A stretch of 62,128 bases of DNA, filler included, from Pirum gemmata (taxonomy: Eukaryota): the NCBI GenBank assembly GCA_002812295.1. It is 15 parts of 15 records of this genome, joined end to end, with 100 filler letters (N's around TTAATTAATTAA, not from the genome) between each part and the next. Parts side by side here need not be neighbours in the genome. Positions count along the whole stretch, not along the records: positions 32,617 to 36,585 come from PDIN01001632.1; positions 36,686 to 40,721 come from PDIN01001633.1; positions 40,822 to 44,833 come from PDIN01001634.1; positions 44,934 to 49,007 come from PDIN01001635.1; 11 more parts are not named here. One strand, given 5' to 3'. The stretch's first letter is position 1, and every line of letters starts with the position of its first letter. Shown one piece after another: positions 35,959-48,030 of the stretch. A program made the position numbers and the translations under genes. The notes under the pieces are model-generated. The model searched no databases. It saw nothing but the letters and a program-made list of their open reading frames with translations, and was not told where the DNA came from.

Positions 35959-36685
35959 TAGACTCTCTACTAACAAACATAGGGGAATATAGGGGAGCGT
36001 TCAAATACTACATCCCGTCAAATACAGCTTCAAATACCCCTACCTACCTACCCCTCGACGTTAATTTCCGGTCTACCTACCCCTCGACGTGACGTATTAT
36101 TTGAACACGAGGGTCTTCTAAGCTGTCTTCTAGCTATCGATAGTAGCTAGCTATGATAGTATCGATATTTTTAAAAAATGTTTTTTAACATCCTAGCTAG
36201 TACTAGCTAGCTAGATAACTGTCAGATAGTAGCTACTAGCTACTAGTAGCTAGCTAGCTAGCCTACTACTGTAGCTCTAGCTAGTATGGTGTAAACAATC
36301 AAAAAACGTCCTACTTTTTTTACTAGTTAAAAATATCACATTTTTTTATATAATATGTTCGAATATTTCAAATCTGTTTAATAACTCTTACATTACTTCT
36401 GTTCGAAAATTAAAACTATAGTGAAATCAACAAAAGTCTGACGTTTTTAGCTTGTTTGTACTATAAAAGACTTATAGAAGACTGCCTCTTGGCTTTTGGG
36501 TGTCTTTGGTTTTTTTTTGGTTTTTTTATTTTATTATTTTTTTTTTTTGTTTTTTTTTAAATTTCTATCCTGATTAGTTCTTTTTNNNNNNNNNNNNNNN
36601 NNNNNNNNNNNNNNNNNNNNNNNNNNNNNTTAATTAATTAANNNNNNNNNNNNNNNNNNNNNNNNNNNNNNNNNNNNNNNNNNNN

Positions 36686-36686
36686 G

Positions 36687-36724
<38 letters not shown>

Positions 36725-37133
36725 AGTAATATTTTGAGTCTACTAGCTTGTCATCATAACTCGTATAATTCAGATAATGTTGTTGATCATGTATTGCTGG
36801 ATATTCATGATCATTATATGGGTGATTATATTGTTCTTGGTATTTATTAAAATTGTACTCATAATCATGTATACTTTTTTGTTGTTGGTATTCCTCGTAA
36901 TAATCTATTTGTTGCTGTTCATAATGTTGTTCATAATATCGTAGTTGTTGCTGCTCATATTCTTTACGTCGATATCGATTAATATTGTACTGTAGTGAAT
37001 TAGGCACGTTTTGATGTCTGTAAATTGTCGTTGGTCTATATGATTCATTTTGACAATACTGATACTTGCTATTGGCATTTTTGGGAAAATTATCGACGTG
37101 TATGTTATTGTTGTGCATGGTACAAGAGCACAT
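36686..37133 (-). CDS. 5' part of a Gln/Tyr/His-rich protein truncated by the contig end
   Basis: ATG-started open frame running into polyQ; TATAAAAAG on the minus strand near 37450. Confidence 0.5.
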
Positions 37134-37789
37134 TGTTTATTAGTTGTTTCAGTATTTTTTTATTTTTTTATAAAAAATATATTATTTGTATTGTAATATT
37201 AATATTATTCAATGATAATTTTTGAATTTAATTTAGTTTTATTTACAATTTAAAAATCTTCTTCTTTTTTTTTAAAAAAGTGGGTTTTAGTGTGTTTTTT
37301 TAGTGTGTTTTCATTATTTTTTTTATTTTTATTTTTTTTCAAATTTTTTATTTTATTTATATCAAATTATGTGCGTGTGATGAAAGTTTCTTTTTTATTT
37401 GTATGCTTTTGCAACTTCTCTCACAGTCTCACAGAGTCTCACTCCCTTTTTATAAATCTGAGAGAGACCTTATAAATTATTATATGTCGCGTTCTTACTA
37501 AATAAGAAAGAGAAAATAAACGAAAACACCTTTTAATATTTAAATATTTCCCATTAAACCATAATTTGGCTACCTTAATTAAATACAGAGCCCAAATCTA
37601 CCACTTATATTGAGTCAAGCAACGATCGATTTTTTTGTACCCAGTAGTCTAGTCTACTCATCCCTTTGCGCTGAATCCGCCGCCTACTAGCTAGAATCCG
37701 CCGCTGATCTAAACTCGAGTTTTCTAGTAGCTACTACTACTAGCTAGCTAGCTAGACTATTTATTTCAGGCAGGGGTTAGTTAGTTAGG

Positions 37790-38580
37790 AAAGGGTTAGG
37801 GAACTGTTAGGGACTGTTAGGGTTAGGGTTAGGATTTATTAGGATTATTAGGGTTACGGTTACGGTCACGGTTACGATTACCGTTACGGTTACGGTTACG
37901 GTTACGGTTACGGTTACGGTTAGTGTTAGGGTTAGGGTTAGGGTTAGGGTTACAGTTAGGGTTACAGTTAGGGTTACAGTTAGGGTTACAGTTAGGAAGG
38001 TTAGGGTTAGGGTTAGGGTTAGGGTTAGGGTTAGGTATTNTTAAGGTTATGATAGAGCTAGCTGTTTAGGGTTAATACAGAATTTACGGTTTACGGTTTA
38101 CGGTTAAGGGTTTATGGTTTACGGTGTACAGTTTAGGGTTTAGGGTTTAGGGGGGGTTAGGGTTTAGGATTCATGGTTTAGTAGTAAATAACTATAGGTT
38201 TAGGGTTTGGGGTTTGGGGTTTAGGGTTTAGGGTTTGGGGTTTAGGGTTTGGGGTTTGGGGTTTAGGGTTTGGGGTTTGGAATTTTGGGTTTAATTAAAA
38301 GGTTTAGGTTTTAGGTTTTAGGTTTAGAATTTAATACTGTTTAATTAATAGCGGTATGTCATTGAGGCAACGTGAGGGTTAGGGTAACGGGGATAAGGTA
38401 GTCTAAGGTTAGGGTTAGGGTTAGGGTTAGGGTTCGCGTTCACGTTCGCACCAAAGGGTTAGGGTTAGGGACAAAGGGTTAGCTTAATTAAGGTTAGGAT
38501 TAGCTGCTTAGGGCCGGGTTTAGAGTTTAGAGACTTTTAGAGTATACAGGGTTCAGGTTCAAGGGTTCAGGGTTCAGGGT
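37790..38580 (+). repeat. Degenerate telomere-like array mixing TTAGGG, TTACGG, TTACAG, TTTAGGG, TTTGGGG, TTCAGGG
   Basis: Direct reading. Confidence 0.85.
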
Positions 38581-39359
38581 TTATGCAACATGTGGAATTA
38601 TCAAGGGGGTTGGAATATTATTATTTTTTATTCCATTTTATTTTTCTTTTTGTTTGTTTGGGGCTTATTTGGGGCAGAAAAAGGAATCGGATAAAATTCA
38701 AGAAAATGAAAATCAATTTTGAATAATTGAAATAATGGAGTGTAACTGACAACTAATACTTATTATTTTTATTAGTTTTAAAATTAAAATAGAAATAAGA
38801 ATAGTTACAAGAGCTACAGTTTCACAAGCTACTACGACACAAGATACTGCTAGTCACGAGCGAATGAAGAAGTCTCACAAGCTAGTAAACGGGTCTAACC
38901 CTAACCCTAACCCTAACCCTAACCTTAATCGAGCAAAATTTACTAGCCACGAGCTAGCAATATCAACTAATGCAATAATAGTATAAATTATATTAGAATA
39001 TTATTGATAATAATTTTATAACAAAAAAGTTTTGGAATATTATCTGTAACGACTTAAACTAATCCAATGTCAATACATGTTATTTTAATTAAGATATTAT
39101 ATATATTATATAGAAGCACAAGATTGAGAGAATAAAAGAAAAGACAGGATAAAATCCTGAATAACAGGAACAATTAATTAACAATTTAGGAATATAATGC
39201 TACCGTACCATTGGATTATAAAATATAGATGAATAAATCATAAAATTCATTTCACACTTTGTATGTTTTTTTACTTTTATTTATATTTATTTCACAGAAA
39301 CTTTCTTTCTTATAATAAGAAAATTATCATATAATTGATTTAAAAGAGGGTTATAGCCA

Positions 39360-40007
39360 TCAGCAGTTACCTACAGTATAAAAATCATAAGTTTTCCCGC
39401 TTGCCAGTTCGGTTTCTTGGTGGCCATTTTGATATAAAGTACATCTCGCTGCAGTCCCCCATATGAACCCAACACAAGGATCGTTGAATTTACACTGTTC
39501 AAAGCAGTCGTCCACACTATTAACAAATCTTAAATCAACAAGTTTATTAGCTTGGTAGTATTGAAATCCACTCATATCACCTTGGTGAGAGATTCTCCAG
39601 GAATATTCGTTAGCGTATTTAGTTTTACATTTTTGGTTAACGTGAGGGGGTGGAGTTGAACATGATGTCATAGTGTAGACGTCATAAGTTTTACCACTTG
39701 CAATTTTTTCATTGTTTCCTTGTTGAAATAATTCACAGCGACCAGGAGTGCCCCATAAGTAAGCCACGCAAGGTGCGTTGAATTTACATTGTTCAAAACA
39801 ATCGTTTTCTGATTTAACATTAGCATTACTGATGACTGCTAACTTATTAACAGACAAGTAGTTGAAACCGGCCATACTTCCTCGATGATCAAGTTGCCAT
39901 TTGTATTCATTAGGGTACAATTGTTTGCATCGGTTGTCTACGGCTGCACCATAAACGGTAGTAGAAGCGAAAGCCAAAAAGCCAACGGTAGAAAATACTT
40001 GCATCAT
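39360..40007 (-). CDS. Secreted protein with two Cys-rich PAN/apple-like repeats
   Basis: Signal peptide; duplicated C..Y.NEY.W...DCFEQCKFN.PCV...WGT..RC.L module. Confidence 0.85.
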   Translation of the reverse strand: MMQVFSTVGFLAFASTTVYGAAVDNRCKQLYPNEYKWQLDHRGSMAGFNYLSVNKLAVISNANVKSENDCFEQCKFNAPCVAYLWGTPGRCELFQQGNNEKIASGKTYDVYTMTSCSTPPPHVNQKCKTKYANEYSWRISHQGDMSGFQYYQANKLVDLRFVNSVDDCFEQCKFNDPCVGFIWGTAARCTLYQNGHQETELASGKTYDFYTVGNC

Positions 40008-41322
40008 CTTGTTTAAATTTGTGCTTTTTTTTTTTTTTGCGATTAAAAAATATTATTTTGTAAATTATATTACTATTATATTTTTTCAGTTATTATTGTG
40101 ATTATTATGTTTTTATTTTTATTTTATTTTTAATTATTTTTGTTTTTCACTCTAGTTTATATACTATTATTTTTTTAAAAAAAATTATAATATTGGGATG
40201 AAAGCCTCTGTAAGACCCTATAATAAGTCAATTATTATATAATATTATTATGATTATATTTAGAGTTATGATAGTATTTACAGTGTATTAGTCTTTATGT
40301 GCTTTTCTTTTATTTAGGTCACCCTGAACATTTGTTTGGTAGGGTATAATATTTAAATTGGTATTTGGTATATTTAAATAAATAAATAGATAATCAAGTG
40401 TAGCAAATTAAATTAAATGGATTTATATTGTATTAATTTGGTAGTTTTTAGTAGTATATTTTATGATGACCAAAACAACTTAAAAGCACCAGTCTCATTT
40501 GTCTATATAGTCTAAATCTTTATTGTGATAAGAAAAAACTTGGCATTGGTCAAGTATTTCAAAAGAAAACTTTAGCTAGCTTAGTAGTAGGGGTGAGATA
40601 TCTACTGGAACTTTATTCGAACATATGCTTATCAAGCCAACCTTGGTTCCGTGTTTCTTACTAATAATAGCAGTTAAATGGCTTAAAATAGTAAATCTAA
40701 TTATAATAGATACCAATTAAANNNNNNNNNNNNNNNNNNNNNNNNNNNNNNNNNNNNNNNNNNNNTTAATTAATTAANNNNNNNNNNNNNNNNNNNNNNN
40801 NNNNNNNNNNNNNNNNNNNNNCTTACAGGGAGATATGGGAAAACATAATCGAATCAAACAACTCGATCCTAATTATTAAACAGTGACAATTTTGAATTGA
40901 TTTTCTTTTTTTTTCGAGTTTCAAGTTCTGTCTATGAATTTCTAACATGAAATCAAAAGTGAGTCAATATTTAAAATTAGATCGAAAAATTTCGAAAGTT
41001 TCGATCTAGTCTCGATTCGATGGTTTTTCCCTCATTTCCTAGTTTCGATTTCAAAATGAAAAAATGATAAAAAAAGTAATAAATACCTCTTTAAAACTGA
41101 TTTTTGTATTTAGGTGCTAAATAGTTATAGGGGTTAGGAGTAGGGTTAGTATTGTTCAGTGTGTATTAATATAATATTATGTTTTAAATATTATTTTTTA
41201 ATAACAATATTAGGGAAACCAGTTAGGAAGGAAGTATTTTAGTATTTGCTCAATTTTTTTTTAAAAAAAAACATTTATTAAAAATAAAATGTATTAATAT
41301 TAGAAAATAAGTTATCAAAATT

Positions 41323-43455
41323 CTAATATACTGTAAAAGTAATTTTTACTGAAAACATATTATATATTAAGTCTATAATTAGCCCAATAGCAAAGCAAAA
41401 AAAGAAAAATAATGATGGATGGTATTGCTCGAAAAAAAGATTGACAACCCCATATTGTGATTTTTCTTTTTCTCTTACTAACTTGGTTATATTATTATTT
41501 ACTTCGAATTCTTTATCATTTCCTTCTCGTTCTTGCTCATACCCACTATCATTATCATTATCATTGTTATTATCATTATTATTATCATTATCATAATCAT
41601 AATCATAATTTATACATATACCCGAATCACGTTTACCCCCAGTTATAAAGCTTTGATTCGTTTTTTTAAATTCATTTATAAGTTCAGAAATTTGCATTTT
41701 GCATTCCTCTCGTAAAACAATGGTTCCACTCTGCTCTTTTTTTGTTTGCAATAGCTTTTTTTTGACTAAACATTCTTCTTCTGAAGCCTTATTATTATTA
41801 ATATTGTAGTTACCATATTTTTGTTTTAAAGTATTGTATTTGTTGTTAATTATTTCAGTTTTTAATTCTGCTGTTTCCTTTTCTTTTCTTAATAAATTAA
41901 TTTCTGCCTGCATTTTTTCAGTTTTTAATTCTACTGTTTCCTTTTCTTTTCGTAATAATTTAATTATAACTTTGTTATTATTAGTAGTAGTGTTATGAAT
42001 TTCTTTTAAATCCTTATACCTTTGAAGTAACATATCGATTTTTTTCTCGTGGTTCGTTTCTTTTGATTTTAAAATTATTTCAACTATGTCTTTATGACCT
42101 TTATCTGACGCGATAGAAAGTGGCGTCTCTCCATTCTTGTTAGCCTTATTAACATCAGCGTAACCATCAACAATCAAAGTTTTTACAATTTCTATGTGAC
42201 CATGACCTGAAGCATTTAAAAGTGGTGTCCATCCATTACAGTCAGCCTCATTAACATCAGCTTCACTGTCAAAAATCAAACTTTTTACAATTTCTACATA
42301 ACCAAAATACGAAGCTGCATTAAGTGGTGTGCATCCATCATTGGTTGCTTTATTAACATCTGCTTCACCATTTAAAATTAAGGTTTCTAAAATTTCTATA
42401 TGACCTTCCTGTGAAGCTATATAAAGTGGTGTACATCCATCATTGTCTGCTTTATTAACATCTGCGTTACCATCAAAAATTAAAGTTTTTACAATTTCTA
42501 CATGACCTTCTTCTGAAGCAATATGAAGTGGTGTCCAACCATCATTGTTTGTCTTATTAACATCTTCTTGGTCATCAAAAATTAAAATTTTTATAATTTC
42601 TATATGACCATTAATTGAAGCTTTAAAAAGTGGTGTGCATCCATAGTTATCTGCGTTATGGACATCTGCTTTACCATCAAAAATTAAACACTTTACAATT
42701 TCTAAATGACCATCCTGTGAAGCTATATTAAGTGGTGTATACCCATCATTGTCTGCCTTATTAACGTCTGCTTTCCCGTCAAAAATCAAAGTTTTTACAA
42801 TTTCTACATGACCTTCTTCTGAAGCTACATGAAGTGGTGTCCATCCATCATTGTTTGTCTTATTAACATTAGCTTGGCCATTAACAATTAAACTTTTTAC
42901 AATTTCTATATGACCTTTTTGTGAAGCTATATAAAGTGGTGTAAATCCATCATTGTCTTCCTTATTAACATCCACTTGCCCATCAGAAATTAAACTTTTT
43001 ACAATTTCTATATGACCATTATATGAAGCTACAAGAAGTGGTGACCATCCATTTCGGTTTGCCTTATTAACATCTGCTTGACCATCAACAATCAAACTTT
43101 TAACAATTTCTATATGACCATTACGTGAAGCAGTATAAAGTGGTGTGCATCCATTACAATTTACCTGATTCACATCAGCTAGACCTTCAAAAATCAAACT
43201 TTTTACAATTTCTATATGACCAAAAGTTGAAGCTATTATAAGTGGTGTATTTCCGTTATTGTTTTCCTTATTAGAATCTACTTGACCATTAAAAATTAAA
43301 CATTTGACAATTTCGGTATGACCTTCTTGTGAAGCTATAGAAAGTAGTGTATATCCATCCTTGTCTGCTTTATTAACATTAGCTTGCCCATCAAAAATTG
43401 CACTTTTTACAATTTCTATTTGACCATTTCTTGCAGCATTAAAAAGAAAAGTCAT
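41323..43455 (-). CDS. Ankyrin-repeat protein (14 repeats) with coiled coil and C-terminal transmembrane anchor
   Basis: G.TPL..AS..GH.EIVK.LI repeats at 34-aa period; hydrophobic tail LFFFFCFAIGLIIDLIY. Confidence 0.95.
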   Translation of the reverse strand: MTFLFNAARNGQIEIVKSAIFDGQANVNKADKDGYTLLSIASQEGHTEIVKCLIFNGQVDSNKENNNGNTPLIIASTFGHIEIVKSLIFEGLADVNQVNCNGCTPLYTASRNGHIEIVKSLIVDGQADVNKANRNGWSPLLVASYNGHIEIVKSLISDGQVDVNKEDNDGFTPLYIASQKGHIEIVKSLIVNGQANVNKTNNDGWTPLHVASEEGHVEIVKTLIFDGKADVNKADNDGYTPLNIASQDGHLEIVKCLIFDGKADVHNADNYGCTPLFKASINGHIEIIKILIFDDQEDVNKTNNDGWTPLHIASEEGHVEIVKTLIFDGNADVNKADNDGCTPLYIASQEGHIEILETLILNGEADVNKATNDGCTPLNAASYFGYVEIVKSLIFDSEADVNEADCNGWTPLLNASGHGHIEIVKTLIVDGYADVNKANKNGETPLSIASDKGHKDIVEIILKSKETNHEKKIDMLLQRYKDLKEIHNTTTNNNKVIIKLLRKEKETVELKTEKMQAEINLLRKEKETAELKTEIINNKYNTLKQKYGNYNINNNKASEEECLVKKKLLQTKKEQSGTIVLREECKMQISELINEFKKTNQSFITGGKRDSGICINYDYDYDNDNNNDNNNDNDNDSGYEQEREGNDKEFEVNNNITKLVREKEKSQYGVVNLFFEQYHPSLFFFFCFAIGLIIDLIYNMFSVKITFTVY

Positions 43456-45969
43456 TTTTTAATTAAAAAAATATTTTATTTTTATATCTTTTCAAAAATA
43501 ATGTATAATAATAATTATAAATGAATGAATTATATTATATACAAGTATATTACAAAAGTGCCAGTATTCGTACAATTTTACGCTTTTGTCGCATAAAGTA
43601 AAGATAAATTAATGGTATTAATTAATTAATGAATTAATATTAATAATGATAATGGTAATGGTAATGGTAATGGTAATGGTATACGTAATGGTAATGATAA
43701 TGGTAATGGTAACGGTAATGGTATTGGTAATGATAATGATAATGGTAATGGTAATGGTAATGATAATGGTAATGGTAATGGTACCGGTGATGGTGATGGT
43801 AATTTTAGTAATTGGAAATGATAACAGTAAGTTTAATTTTTTAAAAAATATATAAAATTACATTCACAGTAAAAAAAAAAGAAAAGTAAAAATATGAATA
43901 GAATTAAAAAAATATATATCATATACATAAAACAATTAAAAGCAAAATTTTGTGTTGATTTTTTCTGTGCTTGTTTTTATTTTGATTTTTTATTTTTTAT
44001 TTTTTATTTTTATATTATTATCATAGTATTATGATAATTATTACGGTAACAAAACAATCTATCACTATTATTTTTAAAAAAAATACCTAAAATTCAGTAG
44101 GGGTGAGATGACGTCATTTTATTATTACCGAACAGCTGCCGGAACTTTTCCGATTTTTATGATTCTATTACTATTAATGTTAATATTATAACTTTAATTG
44201 GTATCTACTATAATTAGATTTACTAATTTAAGCTATTTAACTGCTATTATTAGTAAGAAACACGGAACTAAGGTTGGCTCGATAAGAATATGTTCGAAAA
44301 AAGTTCCAGTAGATATCAGCTTAGATATCTCACCCCTAGCCCAAATTCCAGGATGGATGTTTTTAAAAAATACACTAAAAATACTTTAGGAGGAGTTTAG
44401 GAGGCCTAAATCTAGTCTAAATTCGAGCCTAAATTATAGGTCGAATAGTGGTCGAATCTAGCAGATCGAATTTTTACTGGTTCAAAGCACCACTGAGCTT
44501 TTTACTGAGCTTTTTACTGGCTCAAAACACAAAAGCTAACAAAGCAAACTCGAAGTAAACTCGAGCAAACTCGAGCAAAGGGAGTGTTCAAATAATACGT
44601 CACGTCAAGGGGAAGGTAGGTAGGTGGTGTTTGACTGGAAATCAAACGTCGAGGGGTAGGTAGGTAGGGGTATTTGAAGCTGTATTTATCGTTCCTAGAC
44701 TATAGTCTAGTGTCTACTAGACTCTGGACCCCCGCACCTCTACACTATCATGATAAATCCCGCCGGCACCATATATGGTAAAACATGTTACAAGTTTCTT
44801 TTTTTGGTTATAATACTTACATAAATAGGTATANNNNNNNNNNNNNNNNNNNNNNNNNNNNNNNNNNNNNNNNNNNNTTAATTAATTAANNNNNNNNNNN
44901 NNNNNNNNNNNNNNNNNNNNNNNNNNNNNNNNNTAATAATAAATCAATAACGATGGCTACCAGCAGAAGATAATTTAGACCTATCTCTAGCTAGCTAGTA
45001 TAATTTATGAAGCATAGAAAAATTATAGAAAAGAATTTTTTTTTTAATTTTTTATACTTTTTTATCATAATAGTCTCTACCGAAACAGAAAAAAAATATC
45101 ATAAAAATAAATATGAGGCTATAGTAAGCAAAGTACTCAAAGTAATTATATTATTGTGGATTAATTTTTAAAAATATACTGTATATATAATATATATAGT
45201 AATGTATAATTATATATCTGATACCGGTATTTATCGTTCATTTTTTATGTTGTAGTAAAATAAGAATAGTAATTATAAATTATAAATTATTATTCGTCTA
45301 AATGGATATATGATAGTAATTATTTATAAAAATTAATTGCAATAGTAATATTATTAATTATATATATAATTAATTATTATAATTTAAATTTATACATTAT
45401 AATTAATTATAATTTTTTATAAAATTTAATAGTATTAATAATTAATTGTACATGTGCATACATGTGTTAGTAACCATAATGGTAATAATAATAATAATAA
45501 TATTAATACTATAACATTGGAATAATAGTAGTACTAGTACTAGTACTATCATAGTATAATTTGTAATAGTATTACAGTAACTTAATTTATATATAATTAT
45601 ATTTATCGCACGAAGTGTCAATATAATATTTTAAAAGTAAAACAAATAAAAAATAAAATTATTTTTGTTCAAATAAATATTTTATAAATTAAATTTTATA
45701 TCTTCAATTTTATTTTTATTTTTTAGTAGAGGAACTTCTGTATCATAGTAGCCTATACACTACTAATACTAGCTTGCTAGCTAGCTAGAGGACCAGAGGT
45801 AGACTAACTGGTAGACTCTATTTTTATTATGGTAAACATTCTAGCTATTATGTCAGTACTAATAATGATAGATTAGCTACAGCAGCTACTAGCTAGCTAG
45901 AGGTCCAGTTATTACAGATAAATAGGACAAATACCAAGACAAAGGGGTCAAATCCCAAGAAGAGGGCAA

Positions 45970-46311
45970 ATGCAAAGATTGAGAGGACATATAAGAGGAT
46001 TACATAATACTGTTGATAATTCTACTAGTACTAGTGATAATACTAGTACTAGTGATAATACTAGTTATACTGATATTGATAATAGTAATGATAGTGATTT
46101 TATAATTGCCATTGGTAATGATGATAGTGATGATAGTGATGATAATGTGGTTGCTAATAGAACTAGATTTAGAAATAATAATAATAATAATAATAATATT
46201 GATCTAGATAAATTGATAATGACTCACGTTTTAATTTTAACAAATCAGAACAAATCAGATTATGTTAAAATATTTTTGAAAAATTATAGACCAATTACAA
46301 TTAGCGTGTAA
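45970..46311 (+). CDS. Possible short acidic low-complexity ORF
   Basis: ATG-started 113-aa frame; no recognisable domain. Confidence 0.3.
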   Translation: MQRLRGHIRGLHNTVDNSTSTSDNTSTSDNTSYTDIDNSNDSDFIIAIGNDDSDDSDDNVVANRTRFRNNNNNNNNIDLDKLIMTHVLILTNQNKSDYVKIFLKNYRPITISV

Positions 46312-46719
46312 TTTTCTTTCTTTTATCGTACAAGTATGAATTTACTATGAAATATAATATTATTTTGTTTTTTTTTTAGCTTTAGAAACAGTAGAAAAAT
46401 ATAATATGACGTCTTTTGACTCTTTTCTAAAAACCCTTAATTAATGGTAACTAGCCAAATTATTTTTAAAACTTGTCATTGGCTCGTAATAGAGTTTTAA
46501 CAAAAAAAATGTTTTCTCAAAATTTGGTAGCACTTTGATTAAAATTGGATCATTTAGAGATTTTTAGGATTTTTGAGCTCGTATGGAGGATGTCGCCATT
46601 TTTATCCGACTTTAAAAAAAAAAAAAAATTGTAAATAAGAAAAGTTATTTTTTGTGTTGTTTATGTAGTCAAAACACCCGAGGTCAAAACACAACAGAAA
46701 CACTTATACATAATATATA

Positions 46720-46782
46720 GTAGTAGTAGTATCATAATAATAATAATAATAATAGTAATAGTAGTAGCTGTAGTATTATATA

Positions 46783-46818
<36 letters not shown>

Positions 46819-46882
46819 TGGTAGTAGTGGTAGTGGTAGTAGTGGTAGTGTTAGTATAAGTATTAATATTAATTAGCAGCTA

Positions 46883-46952
<70 letters not shown>

Positions 46953-47060
46953 NNNNNNNNNNNNNNNNNNNNNNNNNNNNNNNNNNNNNNNNNNNNNNNN
47001 NNNNNNNNNNNNNNNNNNNNNNNNNNNNNNNNNNNNNNNNNNNNNNNNNNNNNNNNNNNN

Positions 47061-47123
<63 letters not shown>

Positions 47124-47216
47124 TAGTAGTAGTAGTAGTAGTAGTATTAATAGTAGTTATAGTAGTAGTAGTAGTGTAGTAGTAGTGGTAGTAGTAGTAG
47201 TAGTAGTAGTATAAAA

Positions 47217-47254
<38 letters not shown>

Positions 47255-47360
47255 TGTGTATTAGTAGTAGTGGTAGTAGTAGTATAGTGGTAGTATTGGT
47301 AGTGGTAGTAGTGGTAGTGGTAGTAGTGGTAGTAGTGGCAGTGGTAGTAGTGGTAGAAGT
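46720..47360. repeat. (TAG/TGG)n microsatellite block with gap
   Basis: Direct reading. Confidence 0.9.
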
Positions 47361-47884
47361 AATAGCAATATAATATCGATGTAATGTATACACATATATA
47401 TCATTGTCATTGGATTGTAATTAAAAGCAGCTGTACAATTGTTCATGTATTATAATATAAATATGCCTAAAAAACAATAATAAATTAACATGCCAAATTG
47501 AATAGAAAGCTTTAATCCCAGATAAGAAGGAGGTTATAAACGTCCCCTTAATTTTAGCCATAAATCCTAACCGTAACATTCGAACTCCTAATTGTAACTA
47601 ACTCCAAGTCCTAACCCTAAATCTGACCCGATTCTCGATTCAGAAAGAGCTGAATGACACTTTCTATAGTCTTCGAAACATAACCATCGATATGCAATCC
47701 ATACCTTACCGTAATCCTAACTTTAATCCCAATCCTACCTTAATTATAACTAACCCCGACCCCAACTTCTTATTCGAACTCCTAACTGTAACTAACTTCA
47801 GGTCCTAACCCTAAGTCTGACCCAATTCTCGATTTAGAAAAAACTGAACAACATTTTCCATAGATTCCTCAAAACTTGTACTAA

Positions 47885-48030
47885 CATCATAACCAGTTCC
47901 TTTATAAGCCCAAGTAAGCATAAGGTTATCAACATCCCCAAATTGTTCAACTTTTAGGCCGTTATAATCAAGGGTATCATTCAGGTTTTTGGTATAGTTG
48001 TATTTGTGGCAACGCTCAGCATAAGTGTCT
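47885..48030 (-). CDS. Possible internal exon of an unknown protein
   Basis: Coding-like island TYAERCHKYNY...LMLTWAYKGTGYD with possible AAG acceptor and GTTAGT donor. Confidence 0.35.

Noticed and set aside
43646..43855. MVMVMV ORF
   Set aside because: (ATGGTA)n microsatellite
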